From: Eledone cirrhosa | Taxonomy: Eukaryota | DNA: 64,000 nt | Assembly: GCA_964016885.1 (NCBI GenBank) | Contig: OZ024755.1 | Span: 20,088,001 to 20,152,000 of the forward strand | Direction: 5' to 3' | Shown here: one piece after another, positions 53,228-64,000 of the stretch | Position numbering within the stretch: the first letter of the stretch is position 1 | Layout of the letters: each line of letters opens with the position of its first letter | Notes under the pieces: model-generated | What the model was told of the DNA's origin: nothing | Database searches by the model: none | Seen by the model: only the letters and a program-made list of their open reading frames with translations | Position numbers and translations under genes: made by a program

Positions 53228-55391
53228 ATAAAGCAAGGAGTATTTTTGTAGGTTTTTTCCCGAACAATAGAGAGATTCTCTTAGGAACCTGTGGGTGAAA
53301 TAATTTAATTTTTCTTGGAATGAAACTTAGTACTTTTATAGAGCCATAAAAAATCATAGTGTAGTGTATTGCTCCGTGGAAAATAAATTGACAGAGATAG
53401 AAATGACAGCTGCAATGAGGATGTGGAGTGAAATATGGATCAACAAGTTATCGCACACCTGTCTTAAGCTCATATAGTCAGGAGACACTACCACATCTCC
53501 ACGTAGCTCGCAGTTACTGCAGGATGCCTTAAATAAAAAAAACGCATTCATTAAAATAATCATTTATTGCTTTCCTTTAAACATTTCTGTATATGCTTTT
53601 AAGAAAGAGAAAATAGAATATATTTTTTAATAATTTGCCAAAAGGCTTTATGAAAAAGAAAATTGCATTTGATCTCAATCAAAACTGATTCGGAGATTCT
53701 TTTTGCCGAGATTGCAGTTATTGTGAGACAGTTATGCATTTTATTACTGTTAAATCTATTTAGAAAATCAAAGGGGAAACTATTTCTTGTGGTTATCATA
53801 TTTGTGAATGAATGGGTTTAACAACAAATTATTTATTATTTATGCCATTCCATAATCGACGTGTGATTTCAGAAGAAACTAAATAATTTGTGATAATGAT
53901 ATTTCAAATAAAAACAAATTCTTTCATAATTTGTTGGGTACTTGAAAAAGATTAGATAATCATTTTGATACGGAAAAGCATTCATATTTCTAATAGAAAG
54001 AATGTTGATAAGCATACATTTTAAGATTGTTTAGGGTATATAACAATAGCAATTGGCAGCGATCTGGTGTATAATATATCAGCAGAAATGTTGAGGCGTG
54101 TCTATCTTCCTTACAAACCAATAGAAATAATTTCTGAAGTATAGTACTGATATAATAACGTAAACTAAAATAGATCTCGCTGTGGTAGGTAAACGGCTGC
54201 ATATTAGACCGTTATTTAGCGAATTCTATAGAATACTATAAAACTGTATTTATAAAACCTAGAAAAAAAATCGAGTTATCTCATAAGTTATAAATGCTTT
54301 GCTATAGATAAAAGGTAGTTTGTAGTTTCAGTCGAATTTTTGTTTCGTTTTGGTTTGTTTCTTTCTTTTGGTTTTCTCGGGTTAAAATAACTAGAATCTA
54401 GTCGTGGAGGACAAAGAGCCAAAATAAGTTTGGCATGAATATTAGTAAAATATTGTTCATCATCATTTTTCACATCTATTTCTAAATGCACTTTCTATGA
54501 TGTCTGATGTCAGCGTGATATACTGCAACTATGTAGGATAATCTTTCAAAATAGTCAACTTATATGAAGGAGTCGCCAAGATTTTGATCTATATACACCC
54601 GCTCAATGTATAAATAACAACCTCGACAAAGTCAAGATTTCACTTTTTCGAAGGTGTCAGGACGGATAAAAGAAATATGTTACTGCTCAGTCGTTGTGAA
54701 ATTGTAGAAGCGCGCTATCCATAGGAATATATTTAAATCCCAAAGTCTGAGGGGGTCACCTTATTACCCTAGCATAAAATCTTTACATTTTGTGAACTTG
54801 TGATATTTTAATGGATTCTACCCTGTTAATTCGCTATACCTTTTTACTCTTTCTACAACACAATCGATTAAGGTTGTCAGTTGTAATAATACATTACTAA
54901 ACCACTAAATCGGTTGGTGTCAGAATTATATTTCAAATCTATGATGTTACCACTTGAAACATTTTAAAACAGTTAAACATAACCTTGCACCAGTCAATTA
55001 TATTTCAATGAACTGACAATTAAATTATTTCAAATTTAAATTAACCAAACATGCACACTATGATATCTGTTTCAATTTAGCCTTGGATTAAAGTAATTTT
55101 ATTTTCAAAAAATAAATAAATATGAGAAAAAAGCTAAAAGCAAAATTAAGTAATGAGAAAATGAGGAAAGGGTAAGGAAGGGCAAATCTGGTTGTATAGG
55201 AAAGTAGAGGAAAGGACTATTAAAGCCATAAATGTGTGGATTTTGATATAATTAAGGTGGTTTATAATAATATTTTCTATCATATACTTGAATAAGATTA
55301 ACTCCACAGATACGACAAACTAAATACAGTCAAACCTTTTCTTTAGACGTCTAAAATGCATATATTGATATAAATGTATATATTGATATAA

Positions 55392-55587
55392 AACAAAGAG
55401 GGTGTGGTAAAAAACCAGGTGGACCATAACGCACCAGAGTACACCATACTTTGGGTAGTAGAGTGGGTAATAGGAAAAGAGACTTGACCCTGACGGATGA
55501 GCTCCGGCCGTTTCAACAGCTAGATCAGATCGGATCTAGCTGTCGAAACGACCGGAGCTCAGTCGTCGGGGTCCTGACTCTTTTCAT
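55392..55587 (-). mobile_element. Family H2 element with terminal fold-back
   Basis: 55473-55527 inverted at 55533-55585; body homologous to 2023-2157. Confidence 0.75.
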
Positions 55588-56749
55588 ATATGTAAAAGGT
55601 AAACAGAAATAACAACACAATCGGTACAGTATGTGGAAGGGATACGGCTTAACCGCCTGATTTTCTTGTTTTAGCAATTATTTCCAGCCAACCACAAATC
55701 ACACCACATTATCATTATTCTCCACATTAATTGAATATTGAATTGTTAATGTTTCTCAAATGAATGTAAGGGTGGAGGTAGGGAGTCAGATTTCATATAT
55801 ATTCGTTTATAAATTCTCAAGTGATGAGCGATTGAAGTTGAATGACAAATAGTTGATAATGAAAATGAATGAAGATGAATGAACTTAATTATCGAAAAAT
55901 TAAACTGAAAAGTTATTTTTGTATATAAGCAATATAGTTTTGGTATGTTTTGAACTCTGTTCAAAGATTAATAAGTAAATGATTATCTAATGTCAAAATA
56001 GCCTAACATCATAACGATTATCTATCTTGTTTATCGATCATTTAACTGTCATTTATTAGAGTATTATTTCGTCTTGAAAGGATTTGCCGCTGCTATAAAT
56101 ACAAAGAAAGAGAAATCAAAAGATATTCTTTTTTTTTTTTTGGTAAAATGAATAATAAAAAGCTAACTTTGAATTCGTTTTAATGATTAAATAAGTTATT
56201 AAAATGTGAATGAAAATATTGTAATATTTGAAGCTGAACTAGAAACGTTATTTCTCGTGGTAAGCTAGTGCATTTACGTGTTCAAAATAGATATGAGATT
56301 TGTAAAGAACATTTATAGGTTTGATAACAATCTGATAAAATTTATAACAAACCATGCAAGTGTATACTTCTCTAGCAATCATTTATATACAACACAGATA
56401 TATAGGCATCATACAATTGTCTTTGCTTGAATATTTTGATACCTTACAATATCAAAGAAATATAAATGCTATTTCAGTGAAATGTTACACGTTATTGCTT
56501 TCTATCGTACACCTTATCTGAAGTGATATTATTTGATGTGACAGTTTCTATGTTAGATAGATAATTCTTTACACAATGGCTATTAGTAGTAAGCAAGCAA
56601 ACTTTGTGAAGAATCGTGTACTCTGATATACGGCAAACAGCTTTAATGACATGGTATTTGGTGAGACATTTATATTTCAATAACAGAATAAAGAAATATA
56701 GATATTGAAATGTCATATTAGCGATGGAGAGATATATGAAGAGGGGAGG

Positions 56750-57893
56750 GGACATGGAGGGAGAGAGAGACAAGGAGAGAGAAATACAGATAATCAGACA
56801 AAGATGAAGAGAGACAAAGACAGAGATGGAGAGAGACAAAGGCAGAGATGGAGAGAGACAAAGGCAGAGACGGAGAGAGACAGAGAGAGGACAAAGGCAG
56901 AGAGAGACAAGGAGAGAGAAATACAGATAATCAGACAAAGATGAAGAGAGACAAAGATGAAGAGAGACAAAGGCAGAGATGGAGAGAGACAAAGGCAGAG
57001 ACGGAGAGAGACAAAGGCAGAGATGGAGAGAGAGAGGACAAAGGCAGAGACAGAGAGAGACAAAGGCAGAGATGAAGAGAGACAAAGGCAGAGACAGAGA
57101 GAGACAAAGGCAGATATGGAGAGAGACAAAGGCAGAGACAGAGAGGACAAAGGCAGAGACAGAGAGGACAAAGGCACAGATGGAGAGAGACAAAGACAGA
57201 GATGGAGAGAGACAAAGGCAGATATGGAGAGAGACAAAGGCAGAGACAGAGAGGACAAAGGCAGAGACAGAGAGGACAGAGGCAGAGACAGAGAGGACAA
57301 AGGCAGAGACAGAGAGGACAAAGGCAGAGATGGAGAGAGACAAAGGCAGAGATGGAGAGGACAAAGGCAGAGATGGAGAGAGACAAAGGCAGAGATGGAG
57401 AGAGACAAAGACAGAGATGGAGAGAGACAAAGGCAGAGATGGAGAGGACAAAGGCAGAGATGGAGAAAGGCAGAGAGAGACAAAGGCAGAGATGAAGAGA
57501 GACAAAGACAGAGATGGAGAGAGACAAAGGCAGAGACAGAGAGGACAAAGGCAGAGACAGAGAGAGACAAAGGCAGAGACAGAGAGAGACAAAGGCAGAG
57601 ATGAAGAGAGACAAAGACAGAGATGGAGAGAGACAAAGGCAGAGATGGAGAGGACAAAGGCAGAGATGGAGAAAGGCAGAGACAGAGAGAGACAAAGGCA
57701 GAGACAGAGAGAGACAAAGGCAGAGATGGAGAGAGACAAAGGCAGAGATGGAGAGAGACAAAGGCAGAGATGGAGAGAGACAAAGGCAGAGATGGAGAGA
57801 GACAGAGAGAGGACAAAGGCAGAGAGAGACAAATGCAGAGATGGAGAGAGACAAATGCAGAGATGGAGAGAGACAAAGACAGAGAGAGACAAA

Positions 57894-57950
<57 letters not shown>

Positions 57951-58412
57951 GCAGAAATGGAGAAAGACAAAGAGATGGAGAGAGAGAGAGAGAGACAGTG
58001 GCAGAGAAAGACAAAGACAGAGATGGAGAGAGAGAGAGACAGAGGCAGAGATGGAGAAAGAGAGAGAGAGAGACAGGGAGAGAGAGAAAGACAGGGAGAG
58101 AGAGAAAGAGAGAGACAGGGACAGAGAGAAAGGAAGAGAGAGAGAGGGGGGCAGAATGACAGAGACAGACACTCAGACATACAGAAACAGAACCAGAGAC
58201 AGACAAATACAGAGTCAGACAGAGATGGAGAGAGAGATGGAGAGAGACAAATACAGAGTCAGACAGAGGTGGAGAGAGACAAATACAGAGTCAGACAGAG
58301 AGAGAGAGAGAGAGACAAATACAGAGTCAGACAGAGAGAGAGAGAGAGAGACAAATACAGAGTCAGACAGAGAGAGAGAGAGAGAGAGAGATATACCGAG
58401 ATGGAGAGAGAA
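56750..58412. repeat. Purine-rich complex minisatellite (~20-22 bp unit)
   Basis: AGAGATGGAGAGAGACAAAGGC and variants; explains the 300-560 aa low-complexity ORFs. Confidence 0.95.
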
Positions 58413-58580
58413 TAAAGGATAGAAGCTGGGGAACGAATGAGAAAACTAAGCATTCTAATTATATAAATGGATGGACAATTTGTATAACAGGCTGTTTATA
58501 TATTATATGAAGGTAAATATTTCTCTCGGCGGACAAAATAAAGATATTGATTATTATTATTATAGTTTAGATTGTTATTA

Positions 58581-59000
58581 AGGGCGGTGGACTGGCAGTA
58601 TCGGTAGAGCGTCGGACGCCCTGCTTTGCAGCATAGAGTTACGGCTCTTTATGATCCGAGTTCAAATCCCGCCGAGGTTAACTTTGCCTTTCATCCTTAC
58701 GGGGGTCGATAAAATAAAGTACCAGTCACGCACTGGAAACGATTTAATCGACTTTCCTCTTCCCCAAAATTGCTGGCCTTGTGCCTATATAAGAAACCAT
58801 TACATAAGGGCGGTGGATTGGTAGCATCAGTGGAGGGTCAGACGCCATGCTTAGCAGCAAAGAGTTACGGCCCTTGCCATTCTGAGTTCAAATCCCGCCG
58901 AAGTTAGATTTGCCTTTCATCCTTACGGGGTCGATAAAATAAAGTTCCAGTAATTCACTGAGATAATTGCTGGCCTTGTGCCAAAAATAGAAACAATTAT
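58581..59000 (+). mobile_element. Head-to-tail SINE A dimer (long + short form)
   Basis: Two GGGCGGTGGA heads at 58582 and 58808. Confidence 0.92.
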
Positions 59001-59167
59001 TATTATTATTATAGTAAAATATAGAAGAAACAAAGATGATGAAGACAAATGAGTAACGAAGTGGAGTTGGGGGTAGGAGAAGGTCGATATGGAGGAAATA
59101 AAAATGGTGATTATTATGATGATTCATACATACATTCTAAATATGTAGTTATCTATATGATTTAAAT

Positions 59168-59442
59168 CAGGGGTTCTCAACCTTTTTTTCGCTGTGGACC
59201 ACCAAAATAAGTATTTTTTTCCTGTGGACCACCTAAACTTTAAAATCTTTTGTAATAGAACAGCTAGAGACATTCTAACCACATGCCCATAGTATCAGAG
59301 CTGTGAACTCGAAATTTTCAAATATAATGGACATGTGTGTAATTAAACAAAATATTATATTAGTTACATTTTTGTGAAATGGCTACAATTTTTTATGGCT
59401 ACGATTTCTCTGTGGACCACTAGAAATGCTATGTGGACCACC
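59168..59442 (+). mobile_element. hAT (Charlie-like) MITE lacking a right TIR
   Basis: CAGGGGTTCTCAACCTTTT left end with four GTGGACCAC subterminal repeats. Confidence 0.7.
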
Positions 59443-60336
59443 GATTTAAGTGATTTTATTTTTGTTTATCAATTTAGCATGTTAGACATAATATATCATG
59501 ATTAATATGTCGGTCGAAAGGCGCTGCTCACATTTCAAACGGACGCCTATTGTAAGGTGAGAAGGTGATGTGGGAAGAGGAGGAGGATGAAATAGGAATT
59601 GGGATTTCAGAAATATTAGAGAGAACTAAAACATCTATGACGAACTAATAAGAGATCTACAGCTACTTCATTCAACTAAACTATATATAGAGAGAGAGGG
59701 GGGGTAGAGAGGGAGAGAGAGAGGAAGGGAGAGGGAGAGAGAGAGGAAGGGAGAGGGAGAGAGAGGGGAAGGGAGAAGGAGAGAGAGGGGAAGGGAGAGG
59801 GAGAGAGGAAGGGAGAGGGAGAGAGGAAGGAAAAGGAAGGGAGAGGGAGGGAAGGATGGAGATAGAGAGAGAGAGTAACTGAGACTGATAGAAATGGAAA
59901 TGGAAAAAGATGAGTATGGACGTCAATTCTTTGGGGGTTCTAAACCCCACTAACAGGCTAAAATGTCTTTAGTAAAAAAAATACGGCGAAAGCTTCTATT
60001 TCTAATTTCAAACTTGATCGCTGTTTCAAAACATACTTAGTTGTCATATATATATATATATGACAAGTGTTAAAACAATCAAATCTTAGTTTAATACATT
60101 TATTTGCAAATAAATGTATTAAACTAAGATTTGATTGCTTTAACACTTTGTATCTCGGCTCTGTAAAACACTTGATAATTTGCATTGAGCCTTTTGTCAT
60201 AGCGGCAACCGGCTAGTACTTAGTACTACCCTACATATTTATAGTTGTATATCAAACTTATATAAGTATAAATATCCTTATTACTATACATATATTTTTT
60301 TTTCACTAGTTCTGACAGTTGGCAGGTAAGCAGTAT

Positions 60337-60380
60337 ACTGTACTGATGAAGGGTAATCACCCAGAAATAGTGTCTGCAGT
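60337..60380 (+). ncRNA. Minimal type I hammerhead (family H5, solo copy within 60290-60490)
   Basis: ACTGTA-CTGATGA-AGGGTAATCACCCA-GAAAT-AGT-GTC-TGCAGT; flanks homologous to 7578-8000. Confidence 0.8.
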
Positions 60381-60868
60381 TCTGTCATGGCTTAAAGAGG
60401 TTGTTTGCATAATTGCAAACAAATCGAATATTAATATTGATATTCGAAAAACTCAGATTACTTTTATTGTATTCAGCCATGTAGAGTGATAAACTATTTG
60501 TTATATATAAGGATACACATATACATACAAACGCTTTCTTATGTATATGGCTGTCTGTCTGTTCTTCTGGTTTCATTATTTTATAAATATTTACCCATAG
60601 AGAGAGAGAGCTGGTTTCTAACAGACACAACACTCTTTTCATTGAAATTTAGACATCAACTAGGTAAATATGTATGTGTGTGTGTGCATGTGTGCGTGTG
60701 AGTGTGTGTGCAGGGATTGATGTTATTGTATGTAAAGATGTGTGTTTTGAGCTATATATGTACACATGCATATGTTTTGTATCTATATATGTATATATGC
60801 AATTATTACATAATATATATATGTCTAAGTATGTATGTATGTATGTATGTGTGTGTATGTCTGTCTGC

Positions 60869-60910
<42 letters not shown>

Positions 60911-61729
60911 TATTTTAATTTCATAGAACCAGAGAAATACTTGACACTCCTCTGGAACTCTAATCAATTGTTTTAGTTTACTAATCAATCTATGTAGAAA
61001 AGAACTCTCTTTTAGGATTTTCACTGATTATACATATTTGCTTTCGTAAAACTAATATTTGCTGTCACACTGTATTAGTGAAATCTGTATATTAAATGTG
61101 TAATATATTATCTAGGCAATGCAGTTATATGTCTAATTGTTACCGAAATAAGGAATTTAATCTCGTATCAAATAATGGTAATACTTCTCTTGGTAATTAC
61201 TAAGGAACAACATTCTTATATAAGAAAATCGGTATCGAGATAGTTTTAAATATTGAACTGTTTCAAATATGACATAAAACCATACTAAAGTAAAAGGAGA
61301 ATTGTAACGCTTGTATTGTAGTAGGATTAACATTTCATTCTGTTTAAAACCGTCATCGCTTCAAATCCTGCAATGGGTTTCTGACACAATGAAGGAAATG
61401 CGAGCCAACTACCATAGCATACGGACTTTTGTGACTTATTCTTTAGTTCAGAGGAAACATTATAATTCAACTGAGGATTCTTCTCCCATTTTTCACTCAA
61501 ATGGCTCGCTCTAGAAACGTCAAACGAATCTTCTCTGCTCCTCGCTATTCATTCAAAACTCCTGGACTTCATTGAATATGTATCTTCCTCGCAAATTCGT
61601 GAACTTCTTTGTAGATCTATCTTCATCGCAATCTCCTTTAACGTCATATGCATTATTGTTTTGCTTTACTATAAGTGTTAAGTCAAAAATTTGCCTAATT
61701 AAACGAGGAAAGGATAAAAATCACATAAC

Positions 61730-61980
61730 TCACTGTGGAGTCGTAGAGGCAAAGTCAAACGGCCTGTCTAGGGCACTTTTAAACTTGGCGGAGCCCAACC
61801 CTCTCCAGGTCTGAACACAGCCGAGTTTTCCTAAAGAGGAAGAATCGACTCCAGTACTAGACTGGTACTTTTTTTTATCGACCTCGAAAGGATGAAAGGC
61901 AAAGTTGACCCCAGTGGGATTTGAACTCACAGCGCACAATGAGGTGGGACGGATACCATACAGCATTCTATCCGACAAAG
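61730..61980 (-). mobile_element. SINE family C
   Basis: Homology to 17905-18180. Confidence 0.75.
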
Positions 61981-62065
61981 AAAGGCAGATCATAAACACG
62001 TCGTATATATTACATTTAGTCTTCTGGTGATACTCATGGTTGCAAATTACTGTTTCAAAGTATAA

Positions 62066-62443
62066 AATAATTGTTTCTACTTTTGGCACAAGGCCAGCAA
62101 TTACCCAGTACATTACTGGCACTTTATTTTATCGACCCCGTAAGGATGAAAGGCAAAGTTAACCTCGGCGGGATTTGACCTCAGTCCGTAAAGGGACGTA
62201 ACTGTGCTGCAAAGCATGGCGTCCGACCCTCTACCGATACTGCCAATCCACCAAAATAATTGTTTCTACTTTTGGCACAAGGCCAGCAATTATCCCAGTG
62301 CATTACTGGTACTTTATTTTATCGACCCCGTAAGGATGAAAGGCAAAGTTAACCTCGGCGGGATTTTAACTCAGTCCGTAAAGGGACGTAACTATGCTGG
62401 AAAGCATGGCGTCCGACCCTCTACCGATACTGACAATCCACCA
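62066..62443 (-). mobile_element. Head-to-tail dimer of near-identical SINE A short forms
   Basis: 62066-62253 and 62255-62443; AAAATAAT at all three junctions. Confidence 0.92.
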
Positions 62444-63425
62444 AAATAATGTTTTATAAATGGTGCATTATAACAGAGTATTTAATATTACTTTTGTTTC
62501 ATGTTGTACATAAATAATTTAAATCTTATAAGAATTATAATTATCATATTTTCTCTCAAATCTAATCCAATCCAATCCAAATCCAGGGCCATCTCACGCC
62601 TTTTGAAAGAACCTCTCCCCGATTGACCTCCACCGCTTTCTATATGGTTTTGGTCATGTTTTCATTGGTATAAACCGTACTTAGTACGCTGGCTTAATTG
62701 CGGGTTGGTGAGGCTATTTAACTCAGAGTTGGACTGGTTGGCGGTTGACTCAGGAATTCATCCGCCCTTTTACTATCTCTTATGAACTATCTTACTAAAC
62801 ATAATCTATTATATAAGTATGTACACGTACATACATATATGTATACAGACGTACAGTAGTATGTATATATATATGTACGTATGGATTCACCGAACATTTA
62901 TTATAATGCTCGGTGTGTTTGTAAACAAACATCCCGTATTAAGCCGTAGTGTCCAGCAACCATCGTTGCTCGTTTGTTCAACACTGACAAAAGGAACGCT
63001 GTACTAGTTTCAAGCTTATTAGCTATCGTCAGCAACGTATACCTTCCTGCCAGATTGTTGCACGTATATACTTACCTTATGCATATTAACGGCTGAGTAG
63101 CCCAATTTGCATATCGAGTGGGTTAATCGGCCGGGTGCACCGAAAACGATAAACGGAAAAAATGAAACGAAATTTCATTTCCCACTCTTAGTACGGCTGT
63201 TACTTAAATATAAGTATGTATACGTACATACATATATGTATACATAATCTATTAATTTGACTGATATCATCGAATTACTTCACTATTCCATATTAACAAT
63301 GGACGTACTTAAAAAGAATTACGTATATGTGACAGTAACTAATAGATTCGGTTCAGTATATTATATTGTATGTTCAAATACCAGTTTTGTCGATGATATT
63401 CTTACACCCATGGTTCTTTGAATAA

Positions 63426-63580
63426 GAAACAATAATGGTTTCTGCCTCAGGCACAAGGCCAACAATGTCGGGTAAAGGGTACGTAGATTAAATCGACCCC
63501 AGTATGTTTCTGCTAATCTATTTTATCGACCTCGTAAAGATGAAAGGCATTGTTAATCTCGGCTGGATTTGAAATCAGGA
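63426..63580 (-). mobile_element. SINE family A long form, diverged
   Basis: Family homology. Confidence 0.7.
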
Positions 63581-63967
63581 ATGCGGAAGCATTAATAAAA
63601 AAAAATATATATTGAATATTTGCTATGTTAGTAGATTATGGACGCACAAAACAAGTTTATTTTGCGTTTTTATGAAAAGTAATTGTATATATATATATAA
63701 ATATATAAATATTAAATACTTGCAAAAACCGATGAAAAGCTATGCTGTGTAAAGCCATCCACTCAAACCAAAAGCTATCACATTCTTATTTGTAAGCTTG
63801 GTATTATTATTCAGAATACCAGCGACGACTAACAGCGCCAATAATATTTTGTGACATTAGATATTTTATATTAGATGAGAACGTCGTTGTAATTTTATGC
63901 TATCGGATAGTTGAATATATATTTATAGGATCATATTAGGAGAATTTGATTGATATAGATGGTTATT

Positions 63968-64000
<33 letters not shown>

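Noticed and set aside
53459-53528. Possible 69-nt minus-strand exon (ASCSNCELRGDVVVSPDYMSLRQ)
   Set aside because: Weak donor and no homology; cannot be supported
56492-58422. ORFs of 300-562 aa on both strands
   Set aside because: Open in several frames only because the GA-rich minisatellite lacks stop codons; low-complexity translation
59681-60215. Additional Helitron ending GCGGCAACCGGCTAG|T; isolated Helitron-like start at 52577
   Set aside because: Matching opposite termini could not be identified

Overview
AT-rich, microsatellite-dense, repeat-dominated eukaryotic DNA. The SINE repertoire suggests an octopod cephalopod (inference). No intact protein-coding gene can be supported. The long ORFs are either translations of simple or tandem repeats, or retrotransposon/Helitron fragments (RTE, R4-like, CR1/Jockey-like, PIF1 helicase). 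The window holds roughly 35 tRNA-derived SINE copies, piggyBac-, mariner-, pogo- and hAT-type MITEs, non-autonomous Helitrons and several satellites. The main unannotated signal is a dense set of minimal type I hammerhead ribozyme motifs from at least 7 unrelated sequence families. They sit in short non-coding elements embedded in (TA)n tracts and very often carry a local inverted duplication. One tandem pair, 438 nt apart, has the layout of a retrozyme. These resemble Penelope-like-element termini, but no Penelope ORF is visible here. All structures were folded and aligned by eye, and repeat boundaries are approximate.
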